Shown: positions 1-12,807 of the stretch, in pieces | Layout of the letters: each line of letters opens with the position of its first letter | Position numbering within the stretch: the stretch's first letter is position 1 | Assembly (NCBI RefSeq): GCF_964194155.1 | Contig: NC_135885.1 | Location: 57,784,001 to 57,848,000, forward strand | Direction of reading: 5' to 3' | From: Cetorhinus maximus | Taxonomy: Eukaryota | DNA: 64,000 nucleotides | Notes under the pieces: generated by a model | Databases searched by the model: none | What the model was told of the DNA's origin: nothing | Seen by the model: only the letters and a program-made list of their open reading frames with translations | Translations under genes and position numbers: made by a program

Positions 1-189
1 TAATCAGAATTGATATGTTTTTAGAAAGAAGTACTAATGATGAGACTCCTTTAAGACATGTAATAGCAATACAGTTTTGCATGAATAGCTTGGAATGATT
101 TTAAGCTGTGCCAACGTATTTCATTTTAGAGGATTGATGTAGAATTGATTGGTTTGGAAAACTAAATTTGATTCCTGCCTTATTCCCAG

Positions 190-245
190 CCAGGAGAACC
201 ACACCACTTCTGGAGTATATTAAAAACAAGAAGCTTGAAAAACAG
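190..245 (+). CDS. UPF3A: UPF3A internal exon, (A)RRTTPLLEYIKNKKLEKQ
   Basis: Acceptor ttcccag|, donor |gtggat; 56 nt; translation matches vertebrate UPF3A including the KLEKQ segment that UPF3B lacks. Confidence 0.93.
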
Positions 246-339
246 GTGGATCTTTACTTTTTAAACTGTCTTTATTATAAACTTTAGCACTTGGTCCTAA
301 AATTGGTATTTTTATTCAATTAAACTTATTACATTCCAG

Positions 340-510
340 CGAATCAGAGAGGAGAAAAGAGAAGAAAGGAGGAGGAGGGAGCTGGAAAAAAAACGTTTGA
401 GAGAGGAAGAAAAAAGGAAACGTAGGGAGGAAGAAAGGCGTAAAAGGAAAGAAGCAGAAAAACAGAAAAAATTAGCAGAGAAGGAAAGAAAAGAAGAAAT
501 AAAAATTAAG
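340..510 (+). CDS. UPF3A: UPF3A internal exon, charged coiled coil RIREEKREERRRRELEKKRLREEEK...EIKIK
   Basis: Acceptor ttccag|, donor AAG|gttcat; 171 nt in frame after a 94-nt intron; near-identical to the UPF3A coiled coil. Confidence 0.93.
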
Positions 511-1029
511 GTTCATATCTTTGCAATAGTAGATTATTCAATTTACCAGCATTTTAAAAAAATATTATATCTCCTGTTTTTGGTGTGTAAGATTGCGGAT
601 TGACCAAAATATGCCATGTTTTCTGGTCAGTTGCACTGTGATTTACATTTTACTACTGGCTGTAAATGTCCCCGGTAGCACAGGGAAATCATCTCTTGAA
701 GTGGTTAAACTGTGCTTCTCACTAGTACCCACTCGCTTTTATATTGCAGTGCTAATATAAGTACATTGGTCGGAAAATTATGTAATTTATTTGAAAAAAA
801 TCATTTTAATGCAATACACAAACTTGTGCAAAGAAACAACAATATGTTTAAATCATAATCTTAAATGTTGACTTGAAATAGATCATTGCACTGTCACAAG
901 ATTCTCGTTTTCTTTTCATTTTGGTAACTTTCCATATGAAGGCTGAATATTTCCCCTTGTATACAGTTCACTAGGTATTGGCACTCCTCTGATTCTTCAC
1001 TCATGTGGCTTTTTAGGTTTAAGGCTTTG

Positions 1030-1285
1030 ACAAGAGTGGTAACAAGCTATTTGACTACAAAGACATTACAGCTGAGCCTATCCCTAACTGATACGTACAT
1101 ATAGGTATTTCAAACCAGGCTGTTAGATATTGATGAACCCTGATTTCCTCTCAGGAACTTGGAGCCACTGAGGTCAATTGTTGTGTCCTTATTGTCACCA
1201 TGGCTATGATTTGCTATATTAGCACAGGCAAAGCTTAAACTTTGGCCCTTTTTGGCTTCATTCGCTGGATAACTCACTGAGCATT
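1030..1285 (-). mobile_element. Old SINE-like relic
   Basis: Minus strand begins GCTCAGTG (A-box-like) and resembles old tRNA-derived SINE bodies; heavily decayed. Confidence 0.3.
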
Positions 1286-1637
1286 CTGAGATGCTTTTTT
1301 AAAATTGGGATATTTAATTTCACTCTGCTTCTCGTTTTACTGTTTCAGGATCTAACCTGAAAAAGTAGCAGCTATATTTAAAATAGAGCAGTCGTGTTTA
1401 AAAAGCCCTACAATGACCAAAATTGTTTTGGGAATCATTCCTTTAAAAGAAATTCTTCAAAGATGTTATAACTGTATTTCATGCACAACCTTGTTTTATA
1501 TAAAAAATTGGAACATATGGAAGAAGCTTGTTTCCTTGTATTTGGCGTATGGGGTCAGAGGAACACTAGGTGAGCAAGGTTATCACTTGGAAAGGGAACA
1601 TGGCGGTGAAGAAGTTAGAGGCGTAAAGTTGAAATAG

Positions 1638-2300
1638 TGTTAGGACCATTAAAGTTTTAAAAAGGAAATCTGAACACCCAGCAATTAATCGACAGAACTC
1701 TGCCACAAGATTTTTTTAAACAAAAGCAAACTTTATGGTATATAAAGAGAACTTGAAAAATACAAGCACCACTAACTTAACACTATAGCTTATGAAGACT
1801 TATGCTATAAACTCAGTTCTACCTTTTACTTCCCCCCCCCCCCCACCCCCATCACCCCACTCCAGGGGTTCCCTTATCTTACAAAATCTTGAAGGTTCAT
1901 TCACTTTTTTTGGAACCAACCCAAAGGTATGCCACAGCCCTCCGGAATTCACTTTAATTCTCTTCAGTGTTCCAGCTATTCTTCGAGGTACGATTCTATG
2001 GGGGCTATGTGACCATCCACCTTTTCTTTGCAGCCATCACAACTGTGGATGCCTCAGCCCCTTGTTTGGGTTACTGACAGATAACCAACTAGCTTCTGCT
2101 AGCTTTCCATGTTAACTCTGCTGACTGCTTTCTGCCATAAGACTATGAGGACCACTGTAGATTTCTTCCATAGTTGCAAGCTAGAGTAAATCTTTCAACT
2201 GCTTTTCCCTCACGAAATCCAAACTGAGATTGGCCCACCCACTTTCCATACAGTGAACGATGAAGTTAATATTTTCTCTGCTTGAAGGGCAGGCTTAACT
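1638..2300 (-). mobile_element. Solo or partial LTR of a Gypsy-like element
   Basis: Begins TGTTAGGACC; layout resembles the other LTR-like pieces in the window; right boundary uncertain. Confidence 0.4.
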
Positions 2301-3803
2301 GACTTTCATCTCCTGTTGGCTCTCTTCATCTCGTGAGATGCAGTCCAAAAGAAAGCACCAACTGCTTCTGCCTGTTCCCCAAAATGAACTGCTTGTTTAA
2401 TAAGGGAAATAAAAATGTCTGTAGGAGAGTAGGAAATTCCTCTGTGTGTTACATTTATCCCACAATAGTTGCACAACAGTATGGAATAAATGTAACACAA
2501 GAAATTTTCTCCAGTTAGGTTTGAGATTAGAGGTAAGGCACATTGTTTTAATAGAATAGTGGAAGAAACATTGCCTGCATCTAACATACATATTAATTTT
2601 ATATGCAAAAAAAAATTTAAAACCCCATGGTTCAAATAAACGTATTATTGTTACAGCACCTTGACATATGTGACAAAGGCAACACAGTAACGGGTGTTAG
2701 TGTTTTAATGCTGGAATTTAATTAATGGAATAAACGCTAGGAAACATTAGTAAGTGATTTTAACTTTAGCCTCTTATTGCAATATCTGGTTCATAATTCA
2801 TATATTTTAGAATATAACTTTTAGTTTCAGGAATATAACTTTTAGGTTGGAGATTAAAATGTTAAATGTAAGATAAATGGAAAAAGCCTGGTTGGGAAAC
2901 TGATAAACAACCCTAATGTGAAGCATTTATCAAGTATTCTTGTTGCAAAACTCAGGATCTGTTTTGAGTTATGCATTTTTACTTGCCAAGAACTGCAAGC
3001 TCATTTCAATTAGTCTCCTTATCATCGGAGAAGAGGGGTTTTCCTATCAATCACGTCTAGAATAGTCTGATCCCATCCTTTTTGGAATCGAGCTCCAATT
3101 CTAGAGATGAAATGAGGTGTGCTAATTTAGTGAGCTATCCAGTTCCCCAAAGTCTCTGATTCAAAGAAAAGTATATTCTGCTGACTTGGTTCCAATTCTA
3201 TTTGTAGGAAAGAGTAATGTCCGTACACTTATTGGTGTCTTTTCTGTTCCTCCTTTTTATGCTTTAGAACTGAAGGTTAGAAAAAGCCTTGGACTGGGCA
3301 CTGAGGACATTAGAGTTTGGGTGGATTGTACCATTTACACCAGTGAGTGGAACTTCACACTGTCACAGGAGTTCCATATTAAATGTCTCCTTCCAAGTTG
3401 CCTCTAGCCAACAGTTTTGAAGCAGAAAACAGAGCAACAAGAGGTAACCAAGAGGCATTGATAAGTGTACGCATATCTCCCCTCTTAATTTTTAGACCTG
3501 CCGTCAGGTGATAATGGGGAAAATGTAACGGTAGAAACTACTGATTCACTAGATGAAGAGTTGAGTGAGGTGATTGAAGTGATGGAAAAGGTCACACTGA
3601 AAGTGACTATCAAACCTGTATGCTATGTCCCTTGAGAATGATTTTGATCTCAGCCTTTACAATGAAGCCTTTTACATCTTCCATGAATTTACATAATATT
3701 ATCCATTTAGTGTTTCAAGCAGCGGTTGATTTCCTCATTTTACATATTACCATGTGAAGAACCAGTATGATTCATTGTAAATTTATTAGTACTGAAGAGC
3801 CTG

Positions 3804-3905
3804 CTTCTTTCAATTAAAAAAAAATGAAAGTAATTGACCTAAAATAAAGAATAAGCAATTTGTAGCTCTTAGAGCCACTTTTTATAGAATCCTAGGGGAT
3901 AACTT
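3804..3905 (+). repeat. About 100-bp direct repeat, copy A
   Basis: tgaaagtaattgacct...tagctcttaga...actttttatagaatcc.aggggataa is shared with 5383-5483. Confidence 0.8.
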
Positions 3906-4376
3906 CTAGTAGACATTGGTAGAATGTCCTTCCCCTTTAATAAAAAAAACAGTTGGCGCAAGAGATTTTATAAGAAAGACAGTTGGAAAACTGGAGAGTA
4001 GCAAAGAGACTGTTAGATTATTCACTTGTTCGTTTTTTGTATAAATTTACTTTATATTTCAAACTTTAAAGATGAGACCTACTGCCATGCTCTGCTGATT
4101 TGAAATCTTATGGAAACGTAAAATAGTCCAGTACCTAAGAGCAGTTGCCAGACAAGATTTGACATTTGTTTCTTGGGTCATCACTAAAAAGTTACCTAGA
4201 ACACAAGGTAAGGATAGACACTCCATTGAAGGTTTGGGGAGTTGACACTCACCTATGAACATGATCTAAGGGATGAGAGCCGAAATAATCGAGGATAAGG
4301 AGGCTTAAAATGGCCCCAACATGTAACAGTTTTATAATCCACCTTTTATATCATCGAATTGTATTGTAATCTTTAG

Positions 4377-4537
4377 TTGTTGAAAAAGGCTGATAAAGAG
4401 GAGGAAAAGGACTCCGACAAATGGAAGGAGAAAGCAGAGGATGGTGACAATGAGAAAGGAAAGTGGGAAAAATCATGTTGTCCAGGAAACTTGCAAGGAA
4501 AACGGCCAGAGATTACGCAGAAGGATGCCAAAGATAA
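4377..4537 (+). CDS. UPF3A: UPF3A internal exon, LLKKADKEEEK...SCCPG...KDAKD
   Basis: Acceptor ctttag|, donor |gtgagt; 161 nt with compatible phases; continues KIK|LLKK as in UPF3 proteins. Confidence 0.9.
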
Positions 4538-5382
4538 GTGAGTTACAGCAGCAGTTTTTATTATGCAACTGTACTTGTTAAATCTTTAATTGCCTGCTAT
4601 TCTGATACTTCACTAATGAAACTGAACACTAAGATGTTTATGTTTTCATAACAATTGGACATCTATGCCAAATGTACTTTTTAAAATTTTACCTAGAAAA
4701 ATAACCTGAAAATTACTTCAATTACTTGAGTAACTCTTTAACACTTGTGCTGTTGGTATAATCAATTGAACATTACAGGCATGATTTTATATGTATCACA
4801 CAATGGACTATGATTATGATTTCAACATTCATTTCTAAAGCAAGCTGTAAAATGCAGTTTTTTTTTAAATTGCTGAAGAATTAGATGTTTTCTTTAATAC
4901 CAAAAACTATAGCTTTTATTTGGTCAGAATTTCTTTGATTGTTGTATTTTCTCTACCACTTTCTCATTAGCATTTATTTCTCATTGTTTGTTTTACAGGG
5001 TAGTAATATAAATGTTATACATGTGCATTTACACATAATTAAAACATTTTACTCAAAGCCCTGATTTGATTAGGACAAGAGCTGCAGATATTTTCACTAA
5101 CAAAAAACATGTAGATGCAAGAGGTAACAAGATTATTTAACAACTAATTTAGCCCGCTAAAGGAGGCAAATAGATGATGGATAACGTTTTGTTTTATGAA
5201 TATAAAAAGACTGTTACAATTATAAAATAACTTGATGTTTTCTGTTTACTTTAACTAATCTGGAAATGACTCTCCTCTGTTAATGTCAATAGACTGATCT
5301 GCAGACAAAAAAACACAATAGAGAGGTTTCAGAAATTGCTAAACAATTAACAATTAGCCATCAACAATTAGTCATAATCTAT

Positions 5383-5483
5383 CTTCTTTCCAGTTAAAAT
5401 TGAAAGTTATTGACCTGAAATGAAGTATTAAGGAATTTATAGCTCTTAGAAGTACTTTTTATAGAATCCGAGGGGATAATTTT
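5383..5483 (+). repeat. About 100-bp direct repeat, copy B
   Basis: Roughly 80% identical by eye to 3804-3905. Confidence 0.8.
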
Positions 5484-5892
5484 AACTTTAAGAGCTGGTG
5501 TAAAATGGAAGCAACCACCCATTATACAGTCTACACTGATTTTTCTTTCCATTGAAGTCAATTAATTAATCAGTCATTCAGTCTATTATTGTTATGGCTA
5601 CAATATACGCTTACATTAAAATTTATAGATGCATCCTTTAGTTTTCTCACTGCTGTAAATTGCTCACAATGCTGAAGGTTCATATTGTTTTAGAACTAAG
5701 TACCAGTGAAAAATAGTCTTCAGGATTTTAATATGATTTTATAGTTACTTATATAGATTGAGCTCCATAAATAAAGATAGAAATGCTGTTTAAGATTTGC
5801 TAGCTACCTTAATAGAATTATTAAAAATATATGCCATTGTATGCAGCCATTGAAAAAGGAACCAAACTAACTTTGTAATTTTTTTTACATAG

Positions 5893-6202
5893 ACAACCAA
5901 GTGACAGTGATAGAGAACGTAAGGAGAGGGAACGGGAAAGAAGATTAAGGGAAAAAGAACGAGAACGAGAGCGACAGAGGCGACGTGAGGATGAGCGCAG
6001 AAAGCAAAAAGAGCGTTATGAAGTAGAGAGGGCTATGAGAACAAAAGAAGAAGAAACAAAAAGAGGGAAAGAACATGGACAGGAAAGAGAAAAGAAGGGA
6101 GACAGCCTGAGCTACATGTTCAGTACTGAGAAAATAGACAAACTGGGTAAAGAAGACAAAAATGATGACATGGGATCTAAAAGGGAGCGGATAAGGAATA
6201 AG
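5893..6202 (+). CDS. UPF3A: UPF3A penultimate exon, QPSDSDRERKE...SKRERIRNK
   Basis: Acceptor ttacatag|, donor AAG|gtacct; 310 nt, phase 2 to phase 0; ends in the first half of the EJC-binding motif. Confidence 0.9.
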
Positions 6203-8130
6203 GTACCTGTCACCATTTTTTCAAGCTACTATGGTATTGGCAACATTAATTGGAGTGGATATTCAAGCCCCATGTTCTAAAATACAGAAAATTAACTACG
6301 CACGTAAAATTAGACGTCAAATTTTTTTTGAAGCATGGACAAAATCTAGCATTAACAGGTATTGTGTTGTGGTTTTTTAATACACTGTATCTTTTTAAAG
6401 TACTACATTAAAACTATTATTTAAGAGAGGGTAAAAAATATGTTCTTCAAATGTTTATTTTTGTTTTACTATGTTCATTTTAAAACATTGACTTAAAAAT
6501 TGATAGGCTTCCAGAAATGGAGTTCGCATTTCAAAAGTTAATAAAAAAAACTGAAATAATGTTATAAGTAGTAGTTTGTGAAGGTTCATGCCACTTGAAA
6601 GATTTAATTCACTTTGAGACAAAAAGGAGCAGAGTGAAGTTCTAATGTCCCAGTGTCACTGAAATTTCTGATATCAAGCTTTATGATGTTAGCATTTTCA
6701 GTTCAGTATTTATTAAAATAATCAGCCTCTGAGAAATGATGAGTAATAGCAAGTGTTCAAAATATAACATTTCTTAAAATGAAACAATTGCATTTTAACT
6801 AAGCTTTTAAGTTTTTGCTATAAGCAAGAAAGCCTCAGGTTGTTTTTGGTACATGGATTTAGAGAACTGATTAAGGAGTTGCTATATTGAAGGTTTTTGT
6901 AACTGCACAAAAGTCTCCAGTCACCTCTCAACCATGTACTTGATAAAACAGGTGATTTGGAAAGGTAGTTCCATATTTATATCCATGGCACTCTAAGTTA
7001 CTTTTACTTTACGCTTTCAAGAGGTGGGTCTTTTGAAGAATTATTCCAGAAGAAATACAAACAAAGCTTCCAATAGACTGTGCCATTAAACATATTTCTA
7101 AAACTCAAAATAATTACAAACCAAACTGAATTAGAATTTGAAGAAAATGAGGAAGCTGGTATATTATAAGAAGTTAAAACAAAGAATCAATCAGAAAATA
7201 GTTAAAATGTACAGTCTCAGGAAAAAAAAACTATTTAGTACAGCAGTGAGAAAGTGTGTGTGGGGCCATAGCATGCACTCTGTCATACTCTTCAAGGTAT
7301 TCTGCTTTTATAGAGCAAATCATGTTCAGATTAATACTTAAGTCTAAGTATGAATAGGTTTATGTGAATCCACTTTTTAAAGTAACAATTAACTGCTTCA
7401 GGTTTTCTGTGTCTTAAATCACACATAATTTTTCAACTAAATTTAATATAATTTAAATTCAGTTTTGCTTTTTTTCTGATGGCTTTCAGAAACCTTTCAA
7501 TTATAGATGGTTTGAATTTCAGAGTAGAGAAATTGGCTGGCATCTCCCAATCACTCCTGTATTCCCAGAGTGGGGCACTGTTTTCATCATAACACCTGAT
7601 CCACAGTAATCAGGGAAAAAATGTTTAAATGGAAGGCCTCATATGTGAGGACAGGAGTGGTCAGAAGAGGTACCAGACACTTCTATAGCTTTGTGGGAGT
7701 CTCTCTTATACTTTTTTAGCATACCATAATGTATAAGAATTGCAAATTAGTTTGATTGAAAATGTTTGAAAATCCGTAACTCGTTTAGCACAGTCAGCAT
7801 GGATCCACAAAAGGGAGCTTGTGTCTTTTGAAGATGCTACTAATGTATTAGGTGAAACAAATGCACTTGGTATTACATATTTGTATTCTCAGGAAAATTT
7901 TGACTGGTGGCTATAGAACAAAGGGCAAATTATGTTCCTGGATAGAATATTGGCTGAGACGTAGGAAATGCAGGGTAACTATTAGTTTTGGTCAGACAAT
8001 TGTCTGATGCTGTAGAAACCCATGTTTAAGAGTTTCCAAACCAAGCAAATGAGAATTATAGCATGATAGTTTGGAGGAGGTGGGGGTGGAGGAGGGTGGT
8101 GGTGGTGCAGTAAGCAGGACTTTCATCAGT

Positions 8131-8580
8131 TTTCTTCTTCTTTTGGCTTCTCCTTTTTTTCTTGGAGTTGGTTGATCACCCCTCTCTATCTACTCCATTC
8201 CTCTTCCAATCCTGTAACATTTAAGTCTCTTGCCACCACATCTTTCCATCTGGTCTTAGGCCTTCCTGTTCTCCTTCTTCCTAGCAGTCCTACGTCCATC
8301 ACTCGCCTCACCACATTTCCTTTCTCTCTCTGCAACAGGTGACCATACCATCTCGATCTCTTCTTGGGTACTTTCTTCGATGCTTCCACAATCTTCACTG
8401 CCTCCTGATGTACTGGTTCCTAATCTTGTCCTTTCTCGTTACTCCAAATGTCCATCTCAGCAGCCGCATCTCATTAGTATCCAGTTGTTGTTCCTCTTTT
8501 CTTGACGTTGCCTAAGCTGCTGCACTATATAACAAGGCCAGTCTTACAACTGTCTTGTAGATTTGTCTTTTGAGTTTTAC
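8131..8580 (-). mobile_element. RTE-clade LINE 3' fragment
   Basis: RSRWYGHLLQR...GRRRTGRPKTRWKDVVARDL is the RTE ORF C-terminal motif; (GAA)n-like tail near 8131-8145. Confidence 0.85.
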
Positions 8581-10104
8581 CAAATCTCAGATAATTAATA
8601 CTATTGTCAGAAATGACTCGCTTTGCAAAAACTTACCATTTACATTTTTGTTCTATTTAACTCTTACAGTAGGAAATGCAACAAGGCAGAGCCCTGGAGG
8701 CTTCTGGCCATATGCAGCAAAGGATAGCCTCTCAATCTGGGATAAATAACTGATTTTGACAGCCATTTCTGAATCATTTGAAAAGAAGGCAGGCCTCTTG
8801 ATTAACTGAAGCCCACTGTGATTAATAGCTTGGTGGGCAGGAACGTTAGCTTACAGACTTGTAGTAGCAATTCTTAATAAGGGTCAGTTAGCCAGAATGT
8901 CTGTGAACTTTATAGCCAGCAACTGTCTGTGTTTTTAAACCTGTCTGTGTCTTTAACCAGGAAAGATTAAGCAATTAAGTGGCCTTCTGCTTTAGGACCC
9001 TTAGTTAGAGTGAAAGCAAGTTAGGTTTTTATTGTTTTATATATCAAGGAGTGTATTGAACAATATAGTTTACTGTATTATTTATTAGTTTAAAGCCTGT
9101 GTCTTAAATTGGTAAGAGTATTTATCCAGTTCATCAGTCATAAAGAGAGGAAAATTCAAAAAAAGAATGTGATACTTTCCAGAAGCCAGTATAAAGGATA
9201 AGGGTTCTCTGTTAAGATTGCACTACAATTTATCTAGATACTGGACAGAAAATGACACGTCTTGAATTGTAGGAGACACTAAGTCAACTCACAGGAATGA
9301 CCAATGATGTTGAAACAAAAGAAATATATAGTATAAAAATCTAAAAACTGTTGACATAACATAGAACTGTTTAGACATCTTTTAGCCATTTTTTGCATGC
9401 TGGTAAAAATATAATCAATGGTGTTACATTTTTGGCTTTTTATATTAGATATTTTCTTTGGGTTCAACAGCACAAACCACCCCTGTGAGCGAGTTTGCAC
9501 CTTCTATAGCTTCCAGGTAAATGTAGTGAATTCGGAGATAAGTAGGTAACTTTTGTCACTGTATTCTTGTTTACTAAAAACACCATCATGGCTGCAAAAT
9601 ACAGCTCCATAGCATCTGGATCTTTGGTGCTACAGGTATTGTTTTGCCTACAAAATGGCATCTGCAGCATGCATGCATACCTTTGTTGCTTACCTTACCA
9701 GATATCGTTTTGGGGAGGGCATGGCTGCAGGCACGGGATGTCCACTGGAACTAGGCAGAGTAGGTAGATTGTGACATCAATCAGCATGTAATGCTGATTT
9801 GATGCCAGCGATGCCATTATGAAACTCAACACTCCAGCTAACATCATCTCTTAAACACGCACATCTGAACACAGGTTCAGCAACAGGAAGCCCCCTCCCC
9901 CCCCCACCCAGCCCCAAACCATGGCTTTTTAAAGGGATCATTAACTACTTCGGGTTAGTTGCTGGTTGATTTTGACTGGCTCTTGCTGCAATTATAGACA
10001 TCTTTGATAGTTTCCAAAGTCGTTTAAAATTGAAGTGGTGTGGAACATGCTGAAGGACTTTGTCCAGGACTCCAAGATTCTGTGTAAGGCACTTGGCGCC
10101 AGAC

Positions 10105-11200
10105 ATGGGTGCTGTAGATTGCCCCTCTCCCACTTAGGCTACATCATGACAGGGAGAATGAGCACAGGAGCCACAGAACAGGACAAACTGTAGGGAGTGG
10201 GAAGATGGGCTATCAGCCAGAGGCCATATTCACTTAGAGTGTTCAAGGAGCAGTTCCCCTACCAGGATTTCATTGAAGAATAGTGTGTCTGATGTTTCCA
10301 TTTTCACTAAGCAGGTCCTCACTGAAATCTGCGACCTGCAGGAGACACAACTGCAACCTCAAAACAGGATGAAGTCAGCATTGCGAGTGGCTTTGAGGGT
10401 GGTCGTAGTGATGACTGTTTAAGCGTCTGGCTCCTTCCAGGCTGGACCAGACAATATTTGCAACATCTCCCAATTCACTGTCCACTGTTGCATAAGGGAG
10501 GTCACTAAGGCTGTGTATTCAAGAGATCTTGCCAGAGAAAAGCAGATGGAGTGAACACTTGGCTTTGTGACAATTGCTGGCATTCCCGTGGTGCAGGGTA
10601 CCATTGAGCTGACATATTTTGCTTTGTGGGTGCCATATGTCAACTCTGACATGTAATTCAACTGAAATGGATCCCACTCCCTTGTCATCCAGATGTTATG
10701 CAATTGTACACAGAGTATCATGCAGGTCAATGCTTAGTATCCTGGCAGTAGTCATGATGCCTTCATTCTGCAGCAGTCTGCTATAGTCTTCATTTGAACC
10801 ACTATGAGATTCCAGAGAGTGACAACTTTGTGACTATGGCCACATGGCTTATGACTCCAGTGCAGAACCCATGCACATGTGGGCAGCATGCATATAATTA
10901 AAGCTGTGCTGCCACATGAAATGTGATTGAACAGACAATTGAGGTTCTTAAACAAAGTTTCTACAGCCTAGACTGCAGTATAGAAGCCCTGCAGTGCTCA
11001 GCAGATTACATGTCAAGATTTGTGATGGTCTGCAGTGCAAGGGCAATTAGGGATAGGCAATAAATACTGCTGTAGCCAGCAACACCCACATACCATGAAT
11101 GAATTAAAAAAAACCTTCCCATCATGAGAGAATAGCCCTTGAGATCAACTATACAACAACCAGCTGAAGAAGGGAGGAGTCAACTTCCTCTTTCAAGCCA
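10105..11200 (+). pseudogene. Harbinger DDE transposase pseudogene
   Basis: ASGSFQ...ICNISQFTVHCCIREVT, IAGIPVVQGTI, GSHSL.IQMLC and YPGSSHDAFILQQS motifs, with several stops and frameshifts. Confidence 0.85.
11036..11113 (+). mobile_element. Short LINE/SINE 3' tail inserted in the transposase
   Basis: Matches the 3' end of the LINE at 51848-51915 (gggcaataaat...agccagc...cacat.ccatgaatgaat) and ends in poly(A). Confidence 0.75.
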
Positions 11201-11456
11201 GATTTTCTGTAATCGAGGATCCGACTGTAATACCAGTCCAATACCAATTACCCACTCACCAACAGGCCCATACCTTGCTTTCCCTCTGTTACTGGCCACC
11301 AAAACATTCCCTTTGCCACAGTCGTAAAATAAAAGCCACCACAAAAGAAAAATAATCCCAAACTACATTTATAAATCAAACCATGCCATATTGCATACAA
11401 AAGTTAACTAATCATCCTTGTGGATTCCTTTAGTCTTCTGTGTGCCTTTGCCTTCC

Positions 11457-12807
11457 CTAGTGCTCCTCTGCAATGTTACCCCAGTGCCGAGGATGGCCAT
11501 ACAGGATGAACTCAAGCAGCTCTAGCCCTAGAAGGACTGGCGTTGGACCACACCACCTCGGCACGCGATAACTGGCTGACGGACAACAGCGAAGGCACGG
11601 GGTTGGAGGGGGGAGGGTGGGGAAAATGATGTATGGTGGGAGGACGCATGCTGTCATCCTGAGAGATAACAGCAGGTTTGGGCTCCATGGAACTGCTGCC
11701 ATTCTCCAGAGGTGGAACCTCAGCAATCCTAGCTTGCGTGACTTCAGTCTGAGCTTCCACTGCAGCACCCAGATGTTGGATAGTTTCTGCTTAAGCTGCC
11801 ATAGAAGCTGAGACAACATCCATCAGACGCTGTATTGTAGATGGGCCTGTAAGTGTTTTCATGGAATTGACCACCATTTCCAAGCTGGAGAGGATGGGCT
11901 GTAAGCTCTGATCGTAGCCCTGCGCCGAGTTGGTATTGGACACCCAATGGGCAAAGAGCATGAAGCTTTTTGGCAGGCCTGCCAATGAACCCAACTATTT
12001 CACTGTCTGTACTCATTATTTGTCCTCTGTAGGCCATCTCAGCAAAGTCTTCAATAGAACTTATGTCCATTGCCCTTGGCAAGCTGGCAGCTTTGTTACC
12101 CTTGGCCCCTGCCCTGGTTGCAGCCCACTCTTGCCCAAGTACAAGGTAAACGTAATGTCTGTATCTGAGCTAGTGGCTGTGAGGGTGAGTGTGAATGACA
12201 GTGTCTCTTCTTCATCACTGTCTTTCTGTTCTTCCACCTGATTTTTTCTTCCATCACTGTCTGGCCAGGTTGCAGTTCTTGGGCACCTGAAAGGAGTAAG
12301 ATATAAGGGTAAGATTGTGGTCCATGGGAGGATGGGGGAAAGCAAGAGGTGCATGCCTACACCACCTGCAGTTTGAAAATCAGAAACGACGATTATGGGA
12401 TGAAGTGTAAGTAGGACATGGGAAGGAGGATTAGATATGAACAAACCATCACCTTTGATTGTTTCAGCCCCACTACTGACCACAGCCTCATTCATAGCCA
12501 TTTCAATAATGCCGAGCACTGTTTTCTCTGTGGGGGTAAGGGGATACAGCCATGTTTGTTCCCCACCCCTTCCCCCTCAACCTGCACTACTCAGTTTGAT
12601 GTCATTGACCTATTTGCGGCACTGCAGATTCTCCTGGCTAGACTGTTGGCATTGACCGTCATGGCTAACTGGTCCCAATGCCTTCTCAAAGTTTGTCTGG
12701 AGGATCTCCTGGTCCTGGTGGATAGATGACATCTCTCCTGCCCTCCACCACCTGCAGCTAGGCCTCCAGTACAGTGTTAGAAAATCTTGGAGCCCACTAT
12801 CTGTCAT
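11457..12807 (-). pseudogene. Harbinger accessory Myb/SANT-like gene remnant
   Basis: N-terminal ...QENLQCRK*VNDIK resembles the end of a Myb/trihelix domain, followed by acidic and helical segments; convergent with the transposase. Confidence 0.6.

Noticed and set aside
511-603. Read-through KIK-VHIFAIV resembling the UPF3B long-isoform insert that starts VH
   Set aside because: The V is forced by the GT donor, similarity ends after two residues, and no in-frame downstream donor was seen.
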